Origin: Octopus vulgaris
Taxonomy: Eukaryota
NCBI GenBank assembly: GCA_951406725.2
Contig: OX597826.1
Span: 39,308,001-39,372,000, forward strand
Direction of reading: 5' to 3'
Length of the DNA: 64,000 nt
In this document: positions 13,451 through 26,640 of the stretch, piece after piece
Layout: the number at the start of each line of letters is the position of its first letter
Position numbering within the stretch: position 1 is the stretch's first letter
The notes under the pieces: model-generated
Told to the model about the DNA's origin: nothing
The model's database searches: none
Seen by the model: only the letters and a program-made list of their open reading frames with translations
Program-made: the position numbers and the translations under genes

Positions 13451-13697
13451 GTATTGTTTGTTTCTTCCGGAACCGAAAACTAAGCCAACATGATGAAAGT
13501 CTGGTGTCCGTGTGTAGGGCAGATGAGATTCTGGAATGTACATGCTCTTAATGTAGTAATATAAAAGAAATTAAATATATATATATATAGAATAAGTACG
13601 AAGCTAACAAAAAATAGGAATTGAGCTCGATTTGTTTGATTAAATCTTTTACGGCGGCGACCAGTATGGCCACAGTCCAAAGATTGAAACAAGTAAA

Positions 13698-13783
<86 letters not shown>

Positions 13784-13826
13784 ACTATCTGTCTGTCTGT
13801 CTGTCTATCTGTCTGTCTGTCTGTCT
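13698..13826. repeat. (TATC)n/(TGTC)n microsatellite
   Basis: Tandem ATCT then GTCT units. Confidence 0.95.
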
Positions 13827-14039
13827 ACATGATAGGTAAGGTAAGAAGTTTGCTTCCCCCAAAACATGGTTCCCGGTTCCGTCCCACTGCTGGCTCGACG
13901 GAAACGGTTGACAGAAATTGAAAAGAAACCCGTCGTTTATATACATTTGAGAACAGATTTATATTTATATATATATATATATATAAACAGATATATAATA
14001 ACAGATAATAACTTTATTTATCAAAAAATGCTATGATGA

Positions 14040-15188
14040 TAAAAATGAACTTTTTCTATAATGTTATTCAATAAAACCACCTTCAGCTTCAACAACTGCT
14101 TCAAAATGAGATCTAAATCATCTACTTGTTCGAATCAAGTGTTCCTGGCTCATTTTGGACATTACTCTGACTATGGCAGCTTTCAAAGAATATTTGGTGT
14201 TATGGGCGTGTTCATTGACCTCTCTCTCTCAACAACGCTCCACATGTAATAGAATGAGATCTGGGGAATTAGGAGGCCAAATGTTAGGGGTTATGTGATC
14301 ATGAAAATTTCCAGCCACCCATTCCTGTGTTACTAGAACCGTGCATGATAGTGCAGAGTCTTACTGAAACACTTATGGCCTTCCAATGCATACACTGTCT
14401 ATCCAGGGCTTAACAATTATTTCCAGTACCTCAATGTAGGCAGCAAAGGTCTAAGGTCTTGTGGAAAGAAGTAAGGAGGCATCACATATCCTTCATTGCT
14501 GACAATCCCTTAAACCATGACAATCGCAGGAAATTTTGTATGCATAACATTTGGAACTTCAGAAGGGTCTGCACATAACCAGCTATCATTTCTGTTAACT
14601 TTTTGATCTTGACCGAAGTTTTATGAGAAAAACCAAATCAGATATTCTGCTGGATTTTTCAGTTTTTTTAAAGTCTTTTAGAGCTGATGTAGTGATTTTC
14701 TTTTACTTTTTCTGACAAAGTGACCTTTCTTCATCACAGAAGACTTATATCTGATGTCTTCATGGACAAGATTGCTGACTGTTCCTTCTGACACATGGGG
14801 ATTTTTTTCAATTCATCTCATGAACTTTCTGGGATTGTAATCAATAGTATGTTGAACTTGATGGATAAATTCAGGTGTTCTGGTGATTTCAGAGCGTTTA
14901 GAATGCGTTTTATGCTTTGATACTGGTGATACTTTTCCATCTTCAATCTCTAGCTCTTTACGAACTTTGTAAACGAAAGATCTGGCAACTTTTAAAAGTC
15001 GAAATATTTCTAAATCGCTCTGCGCAGCCTTTATAACCACAATAACAGCATGCCTCTTCATTTAATTTCTTGAGTAAGCTAAGGGTCTGCCATTATTATT
15101 TTCTGAAACAAAAAAGATTATATAGAGTTGGCAAAAAATGCAGAAATGATCCCAAAATGGTATGTCCTCAAATACCTTACGCACCGTG

Positions 15189-15190
<2 letters not shown>
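14040..15190 (-). mobile_element. Tc1/mariner-superfamily transposon, maT (DD37D)-like; transposase pseudogene ~15093 to 14064
   Basis: HTH MKRHAVIV..VARSFVYKVRK; WFFS..KNFGQDQKVNRND..HTKFPAIVMV*GIVS; FQ*DSA..WPPNSPDL..YYMWSVVE; ends AVVEAEGGFIE*. Spacing gives 37 if the deleted NPLD is restored. One terminus TACACGGTGCG next to (TA)n. Confidence 0.85.
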
Positions 15191-15228
<38 letters not shown>

Positions 15229-15329
15229 CATATATAAATACATACATATATATATATATACATATATACACACACATATAATATATAAGGATAAGGGAAA
15301 TTATAAAAGGAACACATCCAGGTAATCAA

Positions 15330-16640
15330 TACAAATTCCAGAGCATAATTTAAAACACAATGAAATAAATATACATATAGATTTATAAATCCGTGAACAA
15401 AATTACATGTAAAAGTTATATGTGAGAATTATGCATCATGGGTTCAGGTACCGAATGGCGGAGTGACAAATAAAGAGGCAAAAATTCGAGATAAGGCTTC
15501 AAAAATTTGCTCAGCATATTAGCATTAAATAATTTCAGAATTAGATACGATTCCCTAATACACAATTTACATCTGCCTGATCCATTTCCAAATGGGGAAG
15601 CGCTGGCAATTATGATCTATGATAGTTCATACATTAAATTTCTATCTCTAAGGTTATTCACAAAGGACGCTAGTGGTGGATGTTTTGCATTTAGGGTTTG
15701 TGAAACAATTCATGTGGGCTCTATATCTCCTATTGAAGTCGGTTGTGCTCCCAATATATACCTGCTGGCCATTAGATAAGGAAACTACGCATTTATAGAA
15801 ACGTTGTAGCGGCGACATGAGCCTGCAAGTGGACAGGAGCCAGGGACCTTACAATTACATAGTTTATTGGATGTTACGCTTGTCAGGGTCTTCTTATTTT
15901 TATTCTTATTCTTATCCGTATGATTATTATTGCTATTATTCATAATGATGCTCTTATTTTTGAGATCACTAATAATATTTAGACTTAGGTTGGGTAGATG
16001 ATTTCAAAATTATATTTTTACTGTTGTTATTATCCTTAGTCATACACTTAATTCTGTTTCCATCCAATCTTGTACACAAGGTATTGTTATTAGCTAGAGT
16101 ATTATGTTTATCAATAACATATTTAATTTTTCTCCTATCTATTGAGGCTATTATGGCTCCGAAATTCGATATTACAAAATATAAAAATTTTACAGAAGAT
16201 TTATTGCATATGGTATAATATTTATAGTGTTTAGGGAAATTTGATTGCAGAATTTTAAAGAAAAGTTTAGGTAAATATCTAACCCTGAGTGAGAAAGGAG
16301 GGGCGAACCACACAACCTCACGTATTCTAAGTTTAGAATTACAGGATATATTAGGATTTTCAGGAGTAGACGGTTTATAGTTATATTTATTTACAATTAT
16401 TATAATGTTAATGGTTTCTTGAGTCAAACCCTTTAAATTGCAGTTGATTAGTACTAAGTATATTTAATGGGCCCAATTTCCCAAAATCTACAGAATTATT
16501 AGAAGTGGTATTCGCCATCTCCATTTTTAAATTTGTATTTGATATATAATAAATGCTTCAATCAAATCCGCTTAATTTCAGGGCGTTGTTATTAAACGGT
16601 GTCTGTTGTTTAAAGATATCTTCGTTAGCTGATAAGTTAA
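15330..16640 (-). mobile_element. PLE (Naiad-like) 3' part: post-RT linker and GIY-YIG, pseudogenised
   Basis: ANEDIFKQQTPFNNNALKLSGF; REVVWFAPPFS..FFKILQSNFPKHYKYYTICNKSSVKFLY; CNCKVPGSCPLAGSC..YKCVVS..VYIGSTTDFNRRYRAH; RCKLCIRESYLI. Confidence 0.85.
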
Positions 16641-16649
16641 TTATAACAA

Positions 16650-17132
16650 CCAAAACTGGGTCAGGTCTGAATTGACGAACATATAACAATGGGCTCGTCG
16701 GACTGAGCACAAATCACTGATTTAGTGGGTCTGTATCTCCTTGATAAGATAAAAAGTAGCTTCCCTTGTCTTTCTGGTGGTATCTATAGGGATGATGCAC
16801 TATTTATTGCATGCAATCTATCCAATCCCACCATAGTAAGATTAAAAAGAGATTTAAAGAAATTTATAAAAATTTTTATAACCTTGATATCATTTTTGAT
16901 ACCAACCCTTAATGTAGCTAATTTTCTTGACGTTACATTAGACTTAAATACTGGGCTCTGTTATCCATAGAGGAAACTGAGGCAAACCCTTCAATATATC
17001 AATATATCGATGTATCCTCAATATATCAATGTATGCTCAATTGATCTCTATTCAACTATTAATAGCATCGCGGTAGCTATTTCTATTAGGTTGTCAAACT
17101 TATTAAGCTAACGAAGATATCTTTAAACAACA
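16650..17132 (+). mobile_element. PLE reverse transcriptase segment, inverted relative to the adjacent 3' part
   Basis: MGSSD*AQITDLVGLYLL..GGIYRDDALF..VANFLDVTLDLNTGLCYP: PLE-type MGS, YRDD and FLD motifs. Confidence 0.85.
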
Positions 17133-17206
17133 CTTGCCCAAGGTGCCACGCAGTGGGACTGAATCGGGAACCATGTGGTTGATAAGCACACTGCCACTCC
17201 TGCACC

Positions 17207-17207
<1 letters not shown>
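17133..17207 (-). mobile_element. SINE family B head fragment
   Basis: CTTGCCCAAGGTGCCACGCAGTGGGACTGAA..CCACTCCTGCACC is the reverse complement of the head. Confidence 0.8.
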
Positions 17208-17244
<37 letters not shown>

Positions 17245-17359
17245 ATATGGCATATGTATCATATATATATATTTAGAATATATATATATATATATAAAAT
17301 ATAAATAACGTATATAAATCTTAAAATTTTTTCAGCTTCAAAGCTGCGGTAATGCTGGG

Positions 17360-20163
17360 GAACCATAAATGGTACAAAATGAAAGACCTTCAACAACAGC
17401 TACAGGAGTTACAAGGGCAAAAGCAGGAACATTTTAAAATTTTACCTCCAAGGATACTGCTGGCACGGTGATGATGGTGCACATCGGAAGCTCTGCCTAA
17501 ACCACATGGACCCAATACAACACTCCCTTCCCAAGGAGAACAAAAAGAAAGGCACCAATGTAGAAAAGGTGGAGCACTGTCTACTACCGAAAGACGATAT
17601 GCGGATGTAGTGCGTGGCCCAATAAACGGTCAGCTTCACCCAGATATAAGAAGGGCGGCAGCTGAACCAAAATCTTTTTTGTGCATGGCACAAAATATTT
17701 CCAGCAGCTGACATGGCTTCAAACATAAACCTGGAACCATATCCACCACCACACAAGGCCACTACCAACAATAGATACAAGATGGCCACCACTAACAGCA
17801 ACACACGTATCACAAAAATATTTCTTTTGAATATAGGAGGGTAACTGTAAAACAAAATTTTCTGAGAGACCTTGCGACATGCAATCAAGCTTTATGCATG
17901 ACACTTGTAGAAACGCATCTTAGACCGAATATAGTGGATGCAGAAATGCACATAAAACAATATGTTGTTATACGCTCAGATAGAAAGGAGAGGAGCCATG
18001 GTGGAGCTATTGTGTACATCCGAGAGGACCTCACGCCCCAGGTCCTGCTGCCATACTCAAATTCGGTGAGTGACACTCAAATTGTACACATAAGACAACT
18101 TAATATTGCTATATGTACTACTTATCGCCTATCGGACGCTCCGAGTCATTCAGGCAAGTTTGAAGACTGCCTAGCAAAGATAGAAGTTTTCACTAAAGTG
18201 GAGCAACACATCAGTGTATTCCTTTTGGGTGACTTTAACTTCCCCAATGTGGGATAGCCTGGGGGCCAGATGCTCCCAGAGATGACACACCATCAGGAAG
18301 CACAGGCGGAGTCCCTGATCCAACTTACCAATGCTTCTTTCATGGAGCAAATTGTGCTACAATCAACCACGGTAAATGATATACTGAATCTCTGCTTCAC
18401 AAACAATACGGACGTTATCCATAATGTTAAAGTGACACCGATGCTGATCTCTGATCACAACATAATAGAGCTGTCTATGTATGGACCAAAATCTCCTGCA
18501 GACATACAGCTTATGTGAAGCACCCAAAATCTCTCCAAACTAAATTTTCATAAAGCAAAGTGGAAGTTGAGAAAGAAATCCTAAATCGTTCTCCACATCA
18601 GACATTGATATGAAACAAACATTTCATGTCCATAATACAAGCCATATGTAACAAATCTGTCCCATTGTGCAAGGCCAGCATACACAAAAATAGGATTCCT
18701 AGGGAAAGGAGGATTCTTATGAGACGACGGACAAAGATTGCAAACCGCCTGAGCAAGCATCCCCAAAATGGTGAGAAGTCTGGCATGGAGAGAGCGCTGT
18801 TGGAAATTGGGAAAAGTCTATATCAGTCTCACGAAAAGGAGAGAACAGATAAAGAAGCTTGGGTTATAGAAAATATCAAGTCGAACCCTAAAGCTTTCTT
18901 TAAGTTTGCCAAAGAATCAGCCTCAGTATGCCACAAGATAAGACCCCTCTTCCAAAAAGATGGCTTCCTTACAGGAAACTCCATGAGGGTATGTGAAATA
19001 CTGAACGAACCATTCCAAAGTGTGTTTACTACTCCTCTGAGACACAGGCAAGTGAACAAACCAACATAATTCTTTGCCACTTTACCTGTAACCAAAGAGG
19101 TAAAATGGAATACATAAACATTGAAGAAGATGAGGTTGGCACAAACTCAGCTGCTGGCCCTGATGGCTTTCCAGCGGTCCTTCTCAAATCGTGCAAAGAA
19201 AAGCCCTTACAAAACCACTTCAGCTTCTCTTTCAGAGATTCCTTGCAAGTGGTAAGCTCTCAGACAAACTGAAGGAAGGGATAATATGCCCTATTCATAA
19301 TGGACGAAGCAGAGCAGATGCTAAAAATTATAGGCATATCTCTCTGATCTCACACCTCAGCAAAGTCATGGAACGAATAGTACGCAAGAAACAAATCGCG
19401 TTCCTTGAAGAAAATGACTTGCTGACTGACATCCTGCATGGATTTCGACCAACTAGAAACTAACACCGCTCTTGCAACACTACGACTAGATGTTAAAACA
19501 GCTGGTAAATGATTCAAGTGTGGATGTGATATATCTCGGCTAGGCAAAAGCCTTCGACCGTGGTATGATATATTACAAACTGCGTGATCTTGGCATAGGC
19601 AGAAAACTTGGAGAGAGGTTGCACGACTTTCTAAAAGATAGACGTTAGGCAGTGGTGGCCAACGGAGCAACCTCCAAGGAAACACAAATAGCAAGTGGTG
19701 TTCCACAGCGTACTTTCTTAGGGCCACTGCTATTCATAGTGGGCCTCTCAGATATGCCCTCAGCTGCTCAGATAGTCATCCTCGCTAGCTATACAGATGA
19801 CTCAAAAGTCTCTCAGACAATACAAATCCTGGAAATATTGCACATCTGCAACGGGAGTTGGACGCAATATACAGGTGGGTTGAGAAGAACAACATGCAAG
19901 TTATTGCAGGACAATTCCACGCCCTACGCTACCAGCACACGAAGTTAAACGACATGTAGGCGGGATACATTGGCCCGGGAGGAATTGCAATCCTTGAATG
20001 AAATTCAGTACGTGACCTGGGCATTGATATGAGCAATGATGCATCTTTTCAAGTGCATATTACCAATTCGGTAATAAAATGCGGATGGCTAGTTGGATGG
20101 AGACAATGATGGTCCTTTGGAGGACATACGTCCTCAGCCGCTTGGACTACTGCTCCCAACTAG
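17360..20163 (+). mobile_element. APE+RT LINE (CR1/L2-group-like), pseudogenised, 3'-truncated
   Basis: APE motifs ETHL..RSDR..GGAIVYIRED, GDFN, SDHN; RT motifs AGPDG, NYRHISL..KVMERIV, HGFR, DVIYL..KAFD, SGVPQ..LGPLLF, YTDD; ends SRLDYCSQL. Many stops and frameshifts. Confidence 0.92.
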
Positions 20164-20164
20164 G

Positions 20165-20660
20165 GAGTAAGATATTTTTAAAGGTTTTTTTTCCTGGTGT
20201 TTGCTATTTCGCAGGTAGCTTTTGTCTATCAGTTTTCTCATTTTGGGGCTCTGTAAGAGTATTGGTAGGTTTGATTGTATAACGTGGAAAATATTGGTTA
20301 TTTCAGGGTTGTGTGTGTTAATAAATGGAATAGTATGTTCCCTGTTTTTTTTTTGTTTTTAGAGACCTACGTTGTGTGATGTCTAATTTCGAGATTCCAT
20401 TATTTATAAGTTCACAGGGTAATTTTGTTTTTGTAAGACGTTTCTGAGTTCATCAAGTCTAATTTAGCATATTTGTGAGTCAGTTGCTATAGTGCAGATG
20501 CGTCTTGCCATACTGTATGGGATGTTCTTTTGATGCGTAAGGGGTGGAAAGAGTAGAAATTTAGATATTGATGTGTGTCTGTTTTTTTGTAAAATATGTC
20601 CGTTGTGACAATGGAGTTGTGTATTTTGGTGTGAATGTCTAGGATTGATAGTTCATTATA
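20165..20660 (-). mobile_element. PLE fragment (RT thumb and downstream helical region)
   Basis: Minus strand LDIHTKIHNSIVTTDIFYKKTDTHQYLNFYSFHP..KNIPYSMARRICTI, typical of PLE ORFs; interrupts the LINE. Confidence 0.8.
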
Positions 20661-20678
20661 GCTGGTTTTTGTTTCTGC

Positions 20679-20679
<1 letters not shown>

Positions 20680-20768
<89 letters not shown>

Positions 20769-20802
20769 CATCCTTTTTCTCTCTTTCTCTCTCTCTCTCT
20801 CT
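20680..20802. repeat. (ATCT)n and (CT)n microsatellites
   Basis: Tandem units. Confidence 0.9.
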
Positions 20803-21062
20803 ATGTATATATATATGCACATATACATATATTTTATCAATTCGCTTTGGCATAGCGATACTAATAATCGGATGTTAGATCTCAGAATACATATACTTCA
20901 GAACAAAGCGTTCTCGACTGACACTTTGTTCTGAAGCATATTACATAATTTCTAATTAAGGGATAAGCAAGAAGTTGCTTCACTACATACCGAAAATTTA
21001 GAAATAGCAGTCAAAACTACTAATTATTCTACTACAATTTAACTCCTCAGACAGTAATACTC

Positions 21063-21144
<82 letters not shown>

Positions 21145-21826
21145 ACGTGCGTGTGTGTGTGTATGTATGTATCTATTTATACAGATAATGAATATTTAAA
21201 GATTGTATTCCAGTTGGCTCACACGTGCTTCTGATAAATTTGGGGAGAGATCCATTGAATGATTTAAATGTAACAGAGAACTGGATCTCTTCAAAACTTT
21301 ATTGGAAATATGTGAAACAAACTGGAATAAATTCATAAATATCCTTAATCTTTGCACATTACTTTGTAACTACAAGACATGAAGCATTGATGTAACCATG
21401 ATGTTCTGTTGATCTGAAGAGCTAACCTTCTACATATGCATTGATTTATAAACGTACAATAGTATTGAGCAATGTGTAACATGGGCATTGGTTCAGACAT
21501 GTAAAATAGTTTATTATCCACTGAAAATATCATTACATTATCATTATATGATATAGGCTGCGAAACGGCGTCATCCTACATATAACAAGTGATTAAATAA
21601 ATATATTCACCTCTCATATCTCCTGATATTTTATGATCTATATGAATCTCATTAGATAATTTCATAGATTGGATCCACTGGATTCCAGCTGCATAAGACT
21701 CTACATTATATACCTCCGTATTATTATGCGGAATGGTAGCCGGGTGAACTTGAGGAACTTTCTGTGATTGCTACAGGATTCTTTGGATCCATATATTCCA
21801 CTACAAATATATATATATACATACAT

Positions 21827-21885
<59 letters not shown>

Positions 21886-21898
21886 CACACACATACAC

Positions 21899-21956
<58 letters not shown>

Positions 21957-22505
21957 TATGGTCCTGATAAGGTATAAAACCGGAGTATAGCCTTTCGGCT
22001 TCTGACCTGCGCCACGACAACATCGATTTTTTCGTCTGCTGTAAGGCATTATTTTTCAAATAGGCCAGCTAAGTTGAACTGTCTAAAGTCGAAAGACGCC
22101 TGTTGTTTTTGTCCTGTTATTGTTATTATTATTATTGTTTTTTGTATTTATATTCGTATTACTTTTTGTTTTTTGTATTTATATTCGTGTAACATCGTCC
22201 GTTTTTCTGTCCTTGTTTCGTATACATTCGATCCTTTTTCCAAGAAATCTAATGCTCGTAGCTTAGTTTTTCCTTGGGGCTGGCCAGATCGGAGCAATCT
22301 CAAGATTAATCAGCCGAAATTGCGAGGACGATCCGGTTCTTGACTGAAGATTAAAAGTTTCGAATGACCCGTCCGTTTTTTGTATCGTCTATTTGAATGT
22401 TTTGCGTGCTTGTCCCATTTTGTATTTATATATATATTTTTTATACATATATTATTGCTGCGTACGTACACCTTGTTCTCTTACACACACACACACACAC
22501 ACACA

Positions 22506-22545
<40 letters not shown>

Positions 22546-22643
22546 TACATACATATGTATACATATACAAGATATGTATACGTATATAGTCCATATACAT
22601 ACACACAAATATGTCGCATCATATATCACACACACACACACTT

Positions 22644-22699
<56 letters not shown>

Positions 22700-22701
<2 letters not shown>

Positions 22702-23005
22702 TTCATTTATTATTTTTTCAGTAATTGGACTGTGACCATTCTGGGGCACTGCCTTAAAGAATCTTGTTAGTCGAAAGGGTAGATCCCAAGGATTTTCTTT
22801 TTAGGCTTGGTACTTATTCTATCGCACACTTTTGCCCAACCACTACATTAAGTGGACATAAACAAACGAACACTGACTGTGATGTAGTGTTGGGATCAAA
22901 CACAAAGAGACACGCACATGTATAAACCCAAACGACGGGCTTATTTCAGTTTACGTCAAGAGTGGGACGAAATCCGGAACCATGGTTAGGGGAACCAAAA
23001 TTTTT
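22700..23005 (-). mobile_element. Degenerate composite SINE family B
   Basis: Diverged reverse complement of 3' module and head (CGACGGGCTTATTTCAGTTT, GGAACCATGG). Confidence 0.65.
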
Positions 23006-23221
23006 ACGGTCGGGTGGATTGTTTTGGTAAGTCAAAAAAGTGTAGCCGTGTTGCTCTGTTTCTACCTGAAACAATGTGAAGCATGCGCATCTCTGTGCTT
23101 AGCTTCTTTACTCACTGATTGAGGATAAAGTTGTTCAGTTGATTGACCAACTAAATCTTCATTATCGAACAGTGGATATCCACTTCTGCAACCATAACCA
23201 TATATGTATGTATGTGTATGC

Positions 23222-23252
<31 letters not shown>

Positions 23253-23265
23253 TGTATGTATGAAC

Positions 23266-23307
<42 letters not shown>

Positions 23308-23610
23308 GCATACATACATACAGACAAGTTTCTGTATTTGTTTTGCAAGATTCCTGATATGAAAACGCGAGTTGAGACTGATACACTTGGAGATGGTAAT
23401 TTTTCTTTACAAATTGAACACATGCACTATTTATTTGATCTTCACTTTAGTTTTTATTTGTATTATGTTTAGTGTATACGTCTGTCAAAATAATTTCGTC
23501 ACACACTCTGTGACCTCGTCAGTTTCTGTATCCCATGTGACTCTCCTTGCCCTGCTTATTCCAGTTTCTCCTTCTGATATATTATATACATATATACGTA
23601 CATATGTATG

Positions 23611-23670
<60 letters not shown>

Positions 23671-23767
23671 AATATATCTAATATAGGATAACAGTTTTTC
23701 GAAAAAAATTTTTATCAATGGCCAGCATATTATAAAATACCTTTAAAGGTTAAATTTATAAGCAACA

Positions 23768-24095
23768 TATAAACAAGGTCAAAAGAAAAAAAATTCTAAT
23801 GCCAAATATGCCGAAACTAGACACAACGTCCATAACCATAAAAATCATCACTATAAGCACGTGATTCGAAGAAAACCGACAGAAATTTCTAAAACATTTA
23901 TCACTGACGAAGAGAAGGTTCTTATGGACTAACTCTGAAATCGGGTCTGATATGGTAATAACGGAATTTTAAAGAAATTTCTGTCGGTTTTATTCGAGAT
24001 ACGTGCTTATAGTGATGATTTATATGGTTATGGACGTTGTGTCTAGTTTCCTCATATTTGGCATTAGAATTCTTTTTCTTTTGACCTTGTTTATA
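23768..24095. repeat. ~128-bp inverted repeat (23768-23894 / 23967-24095) enclosing a hammerhead motif
   Basis: AAACAAGGTCAAAAG..CTAGACACAACGTCCATAACCATA..CCGACAGAAATTTC versus its reverse complement. Confidence 0.9.
23899..23952 (+). ncRNA. Minimal type I hammerhead ribozyme motif
   Basis: TATCA-CTGACGA-AGAG[..]CTCT-GAAA-TCGG-GTC-TGATA: 5-bp stem I (TATCA/TGATA), canonical core boxes, stem II AGAG/CTCT, GUC triplet, very short stem III. Confidence 0.75.
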
Positions 24096-24101
24096 AGTTA
24101 C

Positions 24102-24137
<36 letters not shown>

Positions 24138-24249
24138 ATGTGTATAATGTATATATGTTTGTATATTTAACATATTTATAAGCTTTTATATGTTTATGTA
24201 GCGCATATATGTGTGTATACACATACACTAGTATACACACACTCACACA

Positions 24250-24294
<45 letters not shown>

Positions 24295-24308
24295 GTTCAT
24301 ATATTTAC

Positions 24309-24354
<46 letters not shown>

Positions 24355-24906
24355 TGTAATACCTCATACCTCACTTTACGAGGAGCCCCTTTACGAGACC
24401 CCGAGTTTACGAGTTTTTAGCTTTTTGTATGTTGAGCTGAAATTTTTCAAGCTCAAGATCCAAATTTTGAACGAAGTGCCAAAGTTTCTACTACCAGAAC
24501 AAATGCTTCTGCGTGTTACCCAGAAATTTATTGAGAGCGAAAGAAAGCTTCATCCAAGCAAACAATTCTAGAATTGTTTTTTAAAAAGAAATCTACAAGT
24601 TCGTCTACGAGTTCTTCTGAATCGGCAATCGCGTCTACAATGGTGGTGTGCGCGACTCTAGTGCGAGTGAAAGTGATGCAGCAAACGTTTATAATAATAA
24701 TATTATTTATCATAAATGATCCTGATGTTCTTTTTACCTTACATAAAATATTCTTCACATTCTACTGCTGTTCTGCTGCCATTTATTTACATATGTTTAA
24801 AATTAAATATATAGTCAGATGCATGCACCAACCCATATGTTTTTATATGCATACGCACTTGTATATGTACCCACAAGGAGACTCAGACACCCCTCAGATG
24901 ACCGCC

Positions 24907-24996
<90 letters not shown>

Positions 24997-25069
24997 CATA
25001 CATACATACACACACATACATGCATACATATGTATGTGTGTATGTGTATATATAATACAAAAACAAAAA

Positions 25070-25445
25070 ACAGATACTTAGAGGAATATATAATGTCTCT
25101 GAAAAGATATGCAAAATGCAATATCACAATGGGCCATGCAAAATCAAACATTACGCATGAAGAAAAAGAAGCTTTGGAATCTACAAAAAGATCGCTCAAT
25201 AATTATTAAAAAAGTGGACAAAGGAGGGGCAATTGTCATAATGGATAAACTCCATTATAGAGAAATGGTCCTTGAGCACCTAAATGACCAACACTTCGAG
25301 AAAAATTAGAAAATAATCTAGATAGGGATACATTAAATGAGATTATTAAACTTACAAACACATAAAAAAAAGTAACTTACAAAAAAGTTAGATTACCTTT
25401 GAAGTAAAAACCAGTAACTTCTATGGTCTTCCGAAAATCCACACT
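25070..25445 (+). mobile_element. PLE fragment (pre-RT and RT N-terminus)
   Basis: SNITHEEKEAL..DRSIIIKKVDKGGAIVIMDKLHYREMVLEHLND..FYGLPKIH: the DKG and YGLPKIH motifs of PLE RT. Confidence 0.85.
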
Positions 25446-25735
25446 CGCATCTCCACACCCCAAAACCACCACACCCTATCACCACCACAATCCACACACC
25501 ACCACGCCACATCATGCCACACCACACCATACCACCACAACACTACACAACACACCAAGTATCACCACACCACATCACACCATCCCGCACACACTAGCAC
25601 TGACCACTTTCCAGCACCCACGCCATCATCCACACACCCATACATCGCAGACACACACACGCACACATCCTCAAGTCAAGGTCACCATTCCCTATCCAAC
25701 GCACACGCATACACTCACATATACACGCACGAGCA
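25445..25735. repeat. Degenerate (CCACA)n / CA-rich low-complexity tract
   Basis: Recurring CACCAC/CCACA units. Confidence 0.7.
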
Positions 25736-25779
25736 CCTTCATTTTGGGATCACCTATACTTTATTATTTCCCCTTCTTC

Positions 25780-25996
25780 CTAGCTCTCCTGCCTAACCAC
25801 CTCCGTCCAGCCAGCCGCCATGATTGACCACTAGCCGCTAAAGCTTTTTTAATTCTCTCTCTGCTTATTTCTTCGTGTTCCTTTCTGTTGAAGAGCGTAG
25901 GCTCGAAACAACGTAATAGACTTTCTCACCTTCCCGAGCGTTAAACTAATACACCTGTTTGATGTTTATACACCTGTCTTCCTTTCTGTAAATTCC

Positions 25997-26000
<4 letters not shown>
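25780..26000 (+). mobile_element. PLE-type terminal repeat with variant hammerhead motif (25881-25919), ending in (TA)n
   Basis: CTTT-CTGTTGA-A-GAGC GTAG GCTC-GAAA-CAAC-GTA; homologous copies at 43760-43921 and 49420-49620. Confidence 0.65.

Positions 26001-26640
<640 letters not shown>

Noticed and set aside
15500-15870. Selenoprotein (UGA-Sec) coding in the Naiad-like GIY-YIG domains (also 53794-54250)
   Set aside because: The conserved Cys positions that can be read are TGT/TGC, not TGA; no SECIS recognised.
20893-20938. Small hairpin CTTCAGAACAAAG..CTTTGTTCTGAAG
   Set aside because: Only 13-bp arms and no associated element; insufficient for a call.
21960-22420. Possible hammerhead at CTGAAGA (~22344) in a PLE-end-like repeat
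   Set aside because: No GAAA box or stem II pairing in this copy.
25423-25827. His/Thr/Pro-rich 134-aa ORF
   Set aside because: Low-complexity CCACA tract fused to a PLE fragment.
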